A stretch of DNA of 64,000 bases from Chlorokybus atmophyticus (lineage: Eukaryota > Plantae > Mesostigma and Chlorokybus algae): NCBI GenBank assembly GCA_009103225.1, contig RHPI01003642.1:579116-643115 (forward strand), written 5' to 3'. Of this stretch, positions 1 through 11,554 are shown in pieces (within the stretch, counting starts at the first letter, position 1; each line of letters opens with the position of its first letter). The notes under the pieces were generated by a model that saw nothing but the letters and a program-made list of their open reading frames with translations, was not told the origin of the DNA and did not search any database. The translations under genes and the position numbers were made by a program.

Positions 1-12
1 TGACCTACGCAG

Positions 13-297
13 CTCTCGTGGCAAGAAATCGCCCAAGCCGGAGTGCAAACATGCCAAGCTATTTACAACTTATTTCTCGAAGACCTACAAAACAGCAAGA
101 ATTTCTCTTGTAACGGCGAAGATGTAGCAACGGTTGATGTCATTGGACACGCTGATGCGGCTACGCGGGAAGCTATTGGCAAGTTAAAGGTTGGTTGCTG
201 CAGAAAGTCACATATTGCATTTGCCGGCGCTTGTGTAAAAGATGATAATGTGATGCAGGCTTACCAGCCAGTTAAGCCCTATTCTCCAACAGTGTAA
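13..297 (+). CDS. 3' end (last two exons, ~13-189 and ~259-297) of an unidentified gene entering from outside the window
   Basis: Acceptor tgacctacgcag| at 12, then an open exon LSWQEIAQAGVQTCQAIYNLFLEDLQ...REAIGKLK, donor gttggt, acceptor gatgcag|, AYQPVKPYSPTV-stop. No recognisable domain. Confidence 0.3.
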   Translation, partial: LSWQEIAQAGVQTCQAIYNLFLEDLQNSKNFSCNGEDVATVDVIGHADAATREAIGKLKVGCCRKSHIAFAGACVKDDNVMQAYQPVKPYSPTV

Positions 298-2128
298 ACA
301 GCTGCACTCATCGTGGTTGCGAGTCCGCGCGTTTGCGCTGTGTGCAGGGTGGTCGATCCGCCCTGCTGATTGGATGGAAGGTATGCGTAAGGTGGTGGCT
401 GCAGTCCTGCTTCTGGTGATGGGTGCGCGCGCGCACACGCGCACGCGCGCGTCCACAAGCACAGCGGTTCGCAATGCCTTGGTTAAAATGTTGCTCCTGC
501 CAGCTGCGGCAACATATGTTGCCGTTCTGAGTCTTGGTCTTCTTCTGCAGGCACAGTTAAAGCTGCTGATGGGGTTCAGCTCACCATACCATCATATGTC
601 AACATATGCGACGCCGCTTGCTCGCTACAGACAGCTTCGTATGCCGTCTTTGTGGTGGTGGCTATTGATAGGCGCGGGGTTGTTCCAGCTGTACTTGTGT
701 GCATTCCAGCCTGCCCTCATGCAGCAGTACACGCCTTAGCTAGGTATGGCGCTTTGTTGAAGTGGTTCATGTCAAGTCCGATGCTAGGATTTACGTCCTA
801 TGGTACGCGGCTGGCGCATGTTGTTGAGGGAGGTCTCACGCTCAGGGAGAGCCGCAGCCTCAACCATAGCTAGCGTGTGAGCCTTTACTGGTTCGTGCTA
901 ACGTTCCTGCTTGGCTTTTTCAAGCTTCAAGTTGCTGCCGTTGGAGGTTTCAAGCTGCACAAGACTGCATGAAGAGGTGTACACCTGAGGATCTAAAAGA
1001 CAACGTGGTAAATGGATTCGTCGCTTCATGTTGAATGCGCATAGCTGCTTGACTAGAGTTAATAACTGGACTACCCGGCTGTTGTTCAACTGGAACAGTG
1101 ACCATAGTTCCGTGTTGGGTCAGCAACTGCCATGTGACAGTCAGCGTTGACAGCGAGTGTTAGCGGGAGGTATGGTCCCATTGCATCTGCTGCATATATA
1201 TGCTAGCCAGCGTGTACGCAAGCAGCATATGCTCTGTGCCCCCATAATTTCAATGCCGTTTTTTGCATGCTTACTTGCTTGCTGACTTGTGCATGCACAC
1301 GCACATTTGCAGTACTGAAGCCTTGGATATGCGCATCAGTCAATGCATGTCCCAAAAGTTGTGTTAAGCGATTGTGACAGTTCATACATATCAACCCTTT
1401 GACTGCTGCACGTCCAAGACTGGCTGTATAAGGTATAAGTCATGTATGGCAGGGCCTGAGAGTCTGCTCGTTCACACCTTGCTGCATATAGTTAACAAGT
1501 CAGTGGTAATTGACCAATAATATGATATAGAAGCAGATTACGTGTACCTAATCAACCCCACACCAAGCCAAGGCGAGTTGGTCTCTTTCCGCCAACACGC
1601 TGGAACAACCTTCTATATGCCTTGTCACAACGTCTGTCGGTGGTGCTGTACATACGCAAAGCATTCACACATTGCCCTTTGCACCAAAGCTTTACTCATG
1701 TGCATTGGTAGTGTGCAAAAGATGTTATGCCTCATATGTGACACTGCTACATACAAATGCACCAGGGTCCCATGGTGCCAGTCGTTCACTACCACACACA
1801 ACAACTGCAGCAGGACTCAGTGCAGCACCTCAATTCAACTCAAGGTGTTACTCGTTCACTACCACACACGATTGTAGCAGCACTCAGTGCAACACCTCGA
1901 TACACCAGGCATCAGGCCATGCCCACAACAACCATATGTCACTTTGCACTTGTACATGACACTACTACAGTTCAATCCCTATGTACCTGCACATTGTACG
2001 CGCAACTATTCATATATATACAGGATGTACAGCGTTACTTGCAGTGTAACGTTCTTCTCAGTACTGAAGGGTGCTGCATGCTGTACGTCCACACAATGCA
2101 GTCCCCTTCCCGCGCGCCTTGGATACAT

Positions 2129-5100
2129 CTATTCCCTCACCGCTATCTCGTGCAGCCGTACCAAGAAGCTTTTGCGCTTGAGATCGCCATGGACCCAGCA
2201 GTTGACAAGCATGCGGCAGTTGCAGCTATCAAGTCATAAAGAGTAGTTAGGCAGGTGACCAATCAACACCATGCAAACACGGTGTATACCTGTCGTAGTT
2301 GAACTGTGTACCCGACTTCTGCGCCTGTCTGCAAGCACTACACGCAGTCTTGTGCTCAACTAGTACGCCATCGTACCATGCCTACTCCGCATGTTACATT
2401 GTTAGCAGCAAGAGTGCCCATCAGCACATGTTGCAAGCAGGTCAAACCAACAATGCTCTTTTTGCTAAGGCAGGCAGGAGTTTTCTGCAAGCACAGGCAC
2501 CAGCATGGAGGGTCTTGCGCACTGTGCGCTACGAATTCATGTATGAAACCCACCTTGCCGTGGATGCCAGTGTCACGGCCACGCTGCATGTGCACAAAGC
2601 AGCATACTCGCTGGCCAACTGTAAGATCAGTGGGGCTTTCCGCTTTGACTGATGCTTTGCGCACTGCTTCCTGCAGTGCACGTGATATGACAAAGCACCG
2701 AGCTAGCGACAGACAACAGTCAATCACAAACTTACCGCTGCCACTTGTTCTTCATCCCAGCCGGGGAAGTTGGTATACTTTACCACGACTGTGTTCAGCC
2801 TGCGCCGCACAATACAGACGTCCCACCATGCACCTTGCCACAGGCATTCGTGCTCAACCTGTGATGCGCATGGAGCATCTTGGGAGGTCTGTGCCTCTGA
2901 TTGTGGCGCTAAGACGGGCTCTGGCTCAGGTGCATGGTGGGACATCCAACCGTGGCCGTGTGCATAGTGCGTGGTGCGTGGCGCGTGGCACGTGGCAGTG
3001 TGTAACAGTGGCGGTAAGCTGGGCTCTGGCTCGAGTGCAGGGTCCGGTATGGTTGCATCATCTACATCAGATGCATCCATCCTGAGCGAAAGCGGCTCTT
3101 GTGACGGGGTGCCATCAGGTGACGAGGCCTCGTGTGCTGGTGATGCAGCAGCAGGTGCCATCTCAATGCGTAGATCAAGCTGCTCTTGTGACAGGCTGCA
3201 ATTAGATGACGATGCAGCAAGGTCTGGTGATGCTGTAGCAGGAGCCATGGCTATGCTTTGCCGGTTGTTGGGTGTGGACGGCGACTCGGCCTCTTTTGTC
3301 TGCAGCAGAGCTTGCTCTAACTCCTCTGCCTCTGCGATCAGCAAATTCATTAGCGTGGGACCCACCACAACAGTTGCCATGGAACCGCAGGCTATACATA
3401 CCACGGTAGGTGGCCCAGAATTGCTGTGGAGTAACTGCGGTGACGATGGTGCTGAGGGTTGCTTCAGCCTGCAGTTCAGCCAGGAAGGGGTCCATGTTGA
3501 CGGATACTGGCTCGTCCATATGTGCTCCACATCGTGCATCAACTGCCTGCACAAGACAGTAGTGATGTCGTTTGCGGTGTGTGTTACGAGCATGCGAGTG
3601 CTGATGTGCTCCGTTTGCATGCGCGTGCGCATGCGCGCGCGTGTGTGACTTGTGTGTGCATGGGTGTGTGTGCGCCAACCAGCACACAAGTCTAGCGCCC
3701 AGGCACTGACATCAACCAGGTATCCGCAACTCGGGTGCTTGGCTCACCTGAGCAAAAAGGTGTTCCTTGCGTAAGCCCCTTTGGAAGATCAACTTTTCAA
3801 CCTCTAGCAGGCTTTGCTCTTCATGGTTGATACACGCATGTTGTGAGGACGCTCCTTGGCTTGCTCCAGTGAGAAAGTGGTACACGAACACTGTCCTATC
3901 TTGCCCGATGCGCCAGCACCGCGCAACTGCCTGACTTTTCCAGCCTGGGTTCCAGGATGGATCGAGGATGGCTACCCGTCGCGCCGCCTGTGGTATGCAT
4001 GTACTTTGGCGTCGACATACAGTATTCAGCATGTCAAACAATTGTAGGCTGTGAAAGGCTCGTGGCAGTGACAAGGACCCACCTGCAGGTCAATGCCTTC
4101 ACTGCACGCCCTGATAGACAGCAAGAACACTGCAAAGCCATTGGTGGAGTTGAAGGCACAAGCGCACTCCTTGCGAGCTTCGACGCTAGTTTTCCCGTCC
4201 ATGCGGAACACCAGGTTGGCGTACACCTTGCTGAGGAGAGGCTGAATGAAGTCCAGGAAATATACATGCTCGCTGAAGGCCACCACCTTCTCCTGTGATG
4301 CCGTGCCAGTGCTCAGCAGTTAGGGCTACTGTAGTTGTCGTACAGTGCAGATGCTAGCCATTGAGCACTAGGAAGCAAAGAGCACGCAGCTTGGCTCGTT
4401 GCATGGTATGCACACAAGAACCATGCAATTGTACGAGAACCCCAAGCAGATCAATCCGTGTATAAGTTGCTGTGTCAGCGGTGAGCATTCAGGTGCTGGA
4501 CACATGTTATTGGTTGCTAGTAGCAGTACGGTCAAGAACAGCTACTGAGCCACATATCACAATGTCCACCTGATTGACGTGACACCATTCCAGCAGTGTC
4601 AGCAGCGCCATGACCTTGCTACTCAGCTCCGGAATGCATTCCAGTTGCTTCAAGGTCACTAACACAGGTTGCTCTGCGTCAACTGCAAGGCTTGCAGCTA
4701 GCTCTGCAAACCAGATGGTGAGGCTGACAGGCTACTGCAGAGATGTTATACTGTTAGACTGAAAGTTTCATTGTCGCCTGCTACCTGGATGCATGCTGAT
4801 TCGCTCCATGCGTGTGCGCTTCTGCATTAGGTCTCCTGCAGCTGTAGTTTCATGATGTCAGACACAGGTTCTTGAGGTCGCTGTGTCTACCAACTACCAC
4901 ATCATGCACACCTTTAAGAACAAGCTGCTGCAAGCGGCGTTGCTCTGCGGTGGGTTGGCACAGCAGCACTGTCTCAAACTTGTCAGGTAATGGAGGCTGC
5001 ACACAGAGCGATAACATGAGACTCTGTACGATATGCACTCCAACTTTGAACGGATGACACAAGATATACATCAACCTTTAGATTTGGGTCGGTGCGCTCG

Positions 5101-7734
5101 CGACGTTGGACATGCTTCTTGGTGTCCTGGTGCAGCCGCTCTAAGCTTGCCAGTGACGGTGCACTGTCAAGCTTGCTTGCGCTGAGCAGTACAGGGTTGT
5201 TGAAGAACATGTACTTCTCGGCAAACTCCCTTTCCGTCTTGGGTACCAAGTCTGCCAGTTCGATTGAATTGTTTGTTGTTGTTGGGNNNNNNNNNNNNNN
5301 NNNNNNNNNNNNNNNNNNNNNNNNNNNNNNNNNNNNNNNNNNNNNNNNNNNNNNNNNNNNNNNNNNNNNNNNNNNNNNNNNNNNNNNNNNNNNNNNNNNN
5401 NNNNNNNNNNNNNNNNNNNNNNNNNNNNNNNNNNNNNNNNNNNNNNNNNNNNNNNNNNNNNNNNNNNNNNNNNNNNNNNNNNNNNNNNNNNNNNNNNNNN
5501 NNNNNNNNNNNNNNNNNNNNNNNNNNNNNNNNNNNNNNNNNNNNNNNNNNNNNNNNNNNNNNNNNNNNNNNNNNNNNNNNNNNNNNNNNNNNNNNNNNNN
5601 NNNNNNNGGGGTCTATATAGAGTAGTGATCTGTAGCCACTCAAGCATGATGCCTTGAATTCAGGTACTCGGTATGCTAGCATGTAGCACAATACAAAGAG
5701 CTCACCTGGCTGCACCCACTTGAGCAGGTTGTAGTATTCGCCAAGGTGATTCCTGAATGGATGCCCAGTCAGCACCACCCGGCGGGTGGTCTGAAACTGG
5801 CAGAGCGCTTCATACCACCGTGTGTTCTTGTGGTTCAACCTGATACATGCACAGTGGTGAGCCATGCATTCGCATACGCAGCTGATATACAAGCATGGGT
5901 GCTGACGGCGAGTAGTACCTGTGCCCCTCGTCCGCAATAACAACATCCGGGATGCACCGCAGCCAGTCCTGTAACTTCGCAATGTCCGGCTCCTGGATGC
6001 CTTGGGAATGCATGCGTTCACTCCCGAGCAGCAGATTGGTAAGGACATCGTAGGAGACCACCACTACGAGCAACTGCCTGGGCTTGTCCTGGGCTCGGCG
6101 GCACCACTGTAGGCAAAAGAAGGTAGCTGTTGTCAACACTATGATTGGATGAAAGGTTGCACAGTCACATGATGGGCATGCACCTCTACAAGGCGCTGCG
6201 CGCGCTCCAACGGTTGCTTCTCGCTCGACAGCCAGACTTGAATCTGCACAACATCAATGAGTCTTGTGCTTTTGTGTGTCACTAGTACGGCATTGCGTTT
6301 ACCACTCGGCCTGTTGGAAGGCGCTGTAGCCACTTGCTAAACTCCAACTTCCAATGGAACAGAGGATTGGTAGGTGCGACGAGAACGCAGCGCAGCAGTT
6401 GAGAAGTATCCTCTGAGAGCTTTAGGAGCGTCGCTATAGTTGTAAGAGACTTGCCAAGGCCCATGTCATGCGCAAGGACTCCACCGTGTCCATCTGAAGC
6501 ACTATATGTGAGAACTTAGACTTGCACGCATGTATGCATGCGCAACATACTTAGAAGACATACTGCAAGTCACCTTTGAGTAGACCCAACAAGAACTCCA
6601 TACCATCCTTCTGGTGCGGCTTCATAGCAGCCCAGAGATCTGGAACGTCATGCCCAGCTGACATGGACGTGGACGCAACGGCCAAGCTGCATTCATCCCT
6701 GTTTTCATTGATTAGTTGGCTCAGGTGGGCTGCCTTTCGAGCCTGCAGCAGTTGCCGTTGTTCCTGTTTCTGCCTCTTAAGCTCCCGCTCGTCCACATAC
6801 TCAGTGAACTTCGTATACTGTGCATGTTTGCAAAACACAGGTCAACATGCAAGCTAGCATACTTTATCAACCAGACTCGCCTTCCAGTTGTCATTGCGAT
6901 ACGCTCATGCATGGCATGCAACTCGCATGCATCACGCTATCACCAACAAGAGTATGGTGGTCTTGAGCAGCCAGCATTACTAACCTGACCATGGTCCTCG
7001 AACACAAAGGCTCTTGAAAGCTCCTGCCCGCACGCCCCGCAGATGTCGGCATGCGCTTTGAACACGCGCTCTGCTTCCGGATGCTCACAGTCAAAAGCAA
7101 ACTGCAGCAACAATCTCTCTGGCCTCAAACGTTTACGTGGCGTTCTGTTGCGTAGGGGAGCAGTAGAATGCATAAAAACCTCAAGTCTGTCTCTCTGCAA
7201 CCTTCTGACAAAGCATGCACGCAAGTGCGTACCGCTCTTGCTGCTGCTGCTGCTGCTGTTTCTGCTGCTCCTGTTGCTGTTTCAGCTTCTCCTGCTGCTG
7301 CTGCAGCTGGCAGTCAAAATCCCGCCATATCTGTCCTAGGTCCTCCGTCTCGAAGAACTTACCTGCATGCAACCGCATTGCAGCAAACGACGCATACCCA
7401 CACACTTTAGCGCGACGGGACCACTAGTCATGTGCTACTAAGTTACGGTCCCACGCACACGCACCTAGCAGAAAGGCAGCAAAGTAGCAGCAAGGCAAGG
7501 CGGCATGCAGCACAGAAGCCAAACCTGCTGGCCGCTCCATTGTCCATTCAGCAATTTCACTGGCCTCCACGGGTACACTCGGACTCCAGAAGTCCACTCA
7601 CATTGTCTGTCCTGAGGTGATGTCATCCGCCAAGCTCCCGCTACCCGATGACTCACACGCACCGCCACCGCCACCGCCGCCGCCGCCGCCGCCCTCAACA
7701 CCCCGAACACCGCCTTCGGCGATGCCAAGGCCAT
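2129..7734 (-). CDS. Multi-exon SNF2-family (ATRX/Rad54-like) chromatin-remodelling ATPase with C-terminal tandem Tudor/Agenet-like domains; 5' and 3' ends approximate
   Basis: Helicase motifs in order on the minus strand: MKPHQKDGMEFL (~6600), GGVLAHDMGLGKSL (Walker A, ~6460), VIADEGH (~5900), RRVVLTGHPFRNHLGEYYNLLKWVQP (~5750), SKVMALLTLL / KVVAFSEH / RMDGKT...FLLSIRACSEGIDL (~4050-4650), DPSWNPGWKSQAVARCWRIGQ (~3900-3970). Later exons CLWQGAWWDVCIVRRRLNTVVVKYTNFPGWDEEQV and LTVGQRVCCFV...HGKVGFI look like beta-barrel readers. A 321-N gap lies inside. Confidence 0.85.
5287..5607. other. Assembly gap (321 N) within the SNF2 gene
   Basis: Run of N. Confidence 0.99.
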
Positions 7735-7975
7735 CGCCAAGGCATAAGCCAAAGTGCCTTGTGCGCTCACCGCACTAGCATTGCAATCCCGTGCTTCACG
7801 TGCGCACAAGGCTCTTGTGCGATGCTTTGTTTGCAACAGTTGACAGAGCTCAACGCTCGCAAGCTGAAGGCTCTCTCGCCTGATCAGCTTGCTGCTTGTC
7901 TAGCTTGTTTACTTGTTTCTTGCTTCCTTGCTTGCTTGCTAGCCTGAAGTCGAGTGTGTCGTAGCGGGTGTCATC

Positions 7976-9651
7976 ATGGACGAGCAGGTGGAGGAGGATC
8001 GCCCTCAGCAGGACCACCAGGAGGGGCAGGCTGCCGCTGCAGTGGACGATGCTGGGGATGAAGCTGCTGACGCCCCGGCCTCCGGCGCTGCTGACCTCCT
8101 TCCTGCTGCTGCTACAGACGTCGTCAGCGACGGCGAAGGGGAGGAGCCCCCCATGGCCGTGCCCATTGCTGTTGAACAAGTGAGTAGCGATGGTGAATGA
8201 CAGCGGAACGCATTTGTGTTCACAAGTGGCCATGCCTAGCCACCTTGCACGTTGCATTGATCTATGAGGATTGGTACAACTGCTTACACGTTCAAGCGAC
8301 TCACGACTCAGAGGAGCAGCAGAGATTGATGGGTGGAAGTTGATCTGTCCGTCTTGGTTAGCGGTAACAGGCAAGATGGTGAAGTTGTGACAGATGGAAT
8401 CGCAATAAGGAAAATCAATCTCGTTGTTGAAAGCTATGGTCTTCACACTTTTCAAGCTTGCAGCTTTGTCAACTGAGACGTCAACCGAGGCGCTGTGGGC
8501 AAGCTAAGCAAGCGACAGGCGCCGCGTGCATGCGCGCCTGGGGGAAGGGGGGAGGGGGAGAGGGGGGCCACTGTGTGCGAGTCTCACGCGTGCTTAACTA
8601 CCAAATTTTCCCGCAGTTCCGACATGCTGTGTCCTTTGGCATCTACTTTGAATCTGCTTTGAATGGGTAGTGAAGTTTACTACAGGTCGTAGTGAAGTTC
8701 ACTACACAACAAGCAGTCTTTCAAATGTGGTAGCACACCAACAGCATCATGCGCATGCCGAGGTTGTGAAGAGAAACTCACGCATGGCATGCAAACTCGC
8801 ACACCCAGGATAGGCGTGCACATAATGGTTGAAACTCTTAGTAACAGAGCACATGACAAGCTACGTTTGCACAGTGTGCCAATGTGCCAAGCATGGAACG
8901 TATGTGCCCTCATCACATGCCACCGAACAGGCTACTGAGGCCGACCGCGGGGTGAGCGAGCCGGTGGATGCAACTGCCACTGAGTCAGAAAGCGAACCTG
9001 CTGCTGGCTATGATGGCTCTGCGTCTGAGCCCGACGCTGCTCAGCATGGTAAGTTAGCACGTGTGGGTTGGACACGCAGTAATAACGTCCTTCAATACTG
9101 CTGCATTGCAGTCACAAAAGAATACAACCAGAAGCTGAGCGTTTGGTCATTGCCACAACAGGGATTGGGGGCGGGTTTCCCGTCGCTCTGCTTGGCAACG
9201 ACTTGACAGAGGAAGAGGACTACCAGAGCAACCGCCAGTCTACAGGAAGCTTACCAGTAAGTGTGGTTGCCAACCTTGTTTGAGCAGTGGTTCATTTTGC
9301 GTCGTGACAGCATCCTGCTACCTACAAGGGTGAGTGATAGCGTCTGACATGAGCCATGCAGGAACACCAGCACATGCCTGTCAGGCAGTACCTGGAGTCC
9401 ACAGTCGTACCAGTGCTCCGCCAAGGGCTCAGAGCGTTGGTGAAAACCAGGTCCGTGCTAGTCCAAACAATATCTGCAACATAACAATTGGCACCCCTTG
9501 GCGTTGACATAAGATCAGATTGTTGTGGTGAATCGTTTGAGCCCTGAGATTCTCTCACTATCTCTTTGTTTTCATTGCTTATTCTCCCAGACCCCAGAAC
9601 CCACTGGAGTTCCTCGCGGACTACCTCAAGAATAATCAGATCGCAGCATAG
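7976..9651 (+). CDS. Dpy-30 motif protein with acidic N-terminus (about 5 exons)
   Basis: Exon 1 MDEQVEEDRPQQ...VEQ|gtgagt; later exons give PVRQYLESTVVPVLRQGLRALVKTR + PQNPLEFLADYLKNNQIAA-stop, the Dpy-30/RIIa-like dimerisation motif. One junction (LP/VRQY) is unresolved. Confidence 0.8.
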
Positions 9652-10470
9652 TAGCATAGCCATGTGTCAGTTGCAACAAATCCAACTTATCACAAAGTGA
9701 GCAGTTACCATAAGCCATCTGCTTCAGCATCTGTCACAAACCGGTTGTAATCGTCAAGTCCTTAACAACATTGCAGCTTTAAACCTCGCAGGCCTTGCAA
9801 TGCAACCTCGCATTGCAACGTGTGCGCTGTAAGCCATGCTAACCTCCGCAAAATACGGTATGGTCGTTGCAGTACTCGTGGCATGCCAACAGTGTCCTGG
9901 TAGTGTTGATTGTATAAACAAACGAGGTGCCAGTGACCTGTTTAAGGACCTTAATTTGCATTGGTTGATAATGAGGTCCTCAGTTCCAAAGTTAGTGTGA
10001 CTGGAGCAACACATGATGGAAAAAGCTCAACTTCTCAATCATGAGCATGCACTTATCACTCCATCTAATTCTTTCTAATAGCGTCCAATTTTGCAATCAG
10101 CATGTTGTTGTGTACCATGACAATGTGATTTGCATTTATATTTGCATTTATACAAAAGCTGCACCTTCAACAGCGCAATTTCCGTAACATTGTCTACACC
10201 CATTAATATACTCCATAAGTATGTATATAAAACTAACACTAGTGTTGATCTATATTATAAAACCAATACAAGAAAATATCTTCCCGTATTGCCAGCTTAA
10301 ATATTAATGTTATGATACAATGGATACGATCAAGGTTAATAAATTAAAAAAATAAAATAAAATATCACAGCATTGTTACATAACCCAACGCAACATGCAT
10401 ACTTTAACATTTCATATGGACGATGCAATTGGATGCAATCTCTGTATTTTTTTTATTTTAAAGGGGGGAA

Positions 10471-10496
10471 NNNNNNNNNNNNNNNNNNNNNNNNNN
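10471..10496. other. Short assembly gap flanked by G runs in an AT-rich intergenic region
   Basis: Run of N between G homopolymers. Confidence 0.95.
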
Positions 10497-10635
10497 GGGG
10501 GGGGATGTTTATGATCAGACAGAACCTTACCTTTTAAACGAAAACTTTTGTGCTTCACATGCAATAATTATAGAGTCATGAAAAGGTATGCAATTTGTAA
10601 GTATTATGCCTAATTACAAATGCAAATGCGACGTA

Positions 10636-10991
10636 CCGTAATTACCCGTATAGAAGCCCCCCATTTTACATAAGCCCCCCACCCTTTTTAATGAAGGGGG
10701 CTTGTAATAGGGGGGGGCTTGTATTGCATCATGGCCTCTGTTCGGCGCGAGTTACGCTGTTACCTGTGTCAATCCCGTCAAGTGTAACCTCACACTTGAC
10801 GCGCGAGTCTCACACATAACAGCGTAACCTACGCGCGTAAGCGTACCTCACAAGAATTTGCCTCGTTGAGTCATGTTGGGGGCTTGTAAACGGTCGGGGG
10901 GGCTTACAAGTATGTTCACAAGCCCCCCACCCCTCTTTGCCAGGGGGCTTGTAATAGGGGTCTTCATAGAGGTCTATACGGGTAAATACGG
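10636..10991. mobile_element. 356-bp non-autonomous MITE, Tc2/pogo (Tc1-mariner superfamily)-type ends
   Basis: Left end TA|CCGTAATTACCCGTATAGA; right end TCTATACGGGTAAATACGG|TA (19-bp TIR, 1 mismatch). TA duplication on both sides; CCGTA termini as in Tc2-like elements; internal AAGCCCCCC/GGGGGCTT inverted repeats; no ORF. Confidence 0.8.
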
Positions 10992-11554
10992 TATCTCGAA
11001 TAGGGTACAGTCATGAAAGATCACAAGCACAACTTTAGCAGCAGCCAAGCCAAGCAGCAACCTTGCATAACGCGTCCATGTAGATCTGAGGGATATGAGT
11101 CTAAGACACCATGCGGTGGTACGATTTCGAGTTTCAGGTAGTCAATTACTCGAGTCGTGAACTACGAGCGGTCCTCGTCGAGCGATCCGGTTCGCTTGCA
11201 CCCGGATCAGCTCCCTCACGCACGTGACACCTTGCAGCAAGGACATCACCTGCTGTGGGCGGGCGCGACGACGGCGACGGCGACGGCGACGGCGACATGG
11301 GCAAGGCGGCGGGAAATGAGGCAGCGTCTGCGTCGTTGACCGAGGCTCTGACGACGTCAAAGAGGGCGGGGACGATCAAACACGGTGTGGATCACGGTAT
11401 CCAGTTGGGTGTTGTCTGCGTGTGTTGATGGGCGGTGCGCGTGCGCTACATTGATGATGACCTTTGAGGGCTGCCGGTGTTGTTGGGTACATTGTGCTGG
11501 CTATTCGGGATCAAATCAATTGGAGACTTCAGCTGATTAGATATAGCCCTTGAT

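Noticed and set aside
1770-1910. ~70-bp imperfect tandem duplication (TCGTTCACTACCACACAC...CACTCAGTGCA.CACCTC)
   Set aside because: Only two degenerate copies in probable 3' UTR/intergenic DNA; no termini or structure.
5092-6048. ORFs containing long X runs
   Set aside because: Artefacts of the 321-N gap; only the flanking SNF2 exons are real.
9750-11360. Possible small minus-strand gene between Dpy-30 and SHIPPO
   Set aside because: A plausible first exon exists near 11290, but no consistent downstream exon chain or domain could be built.
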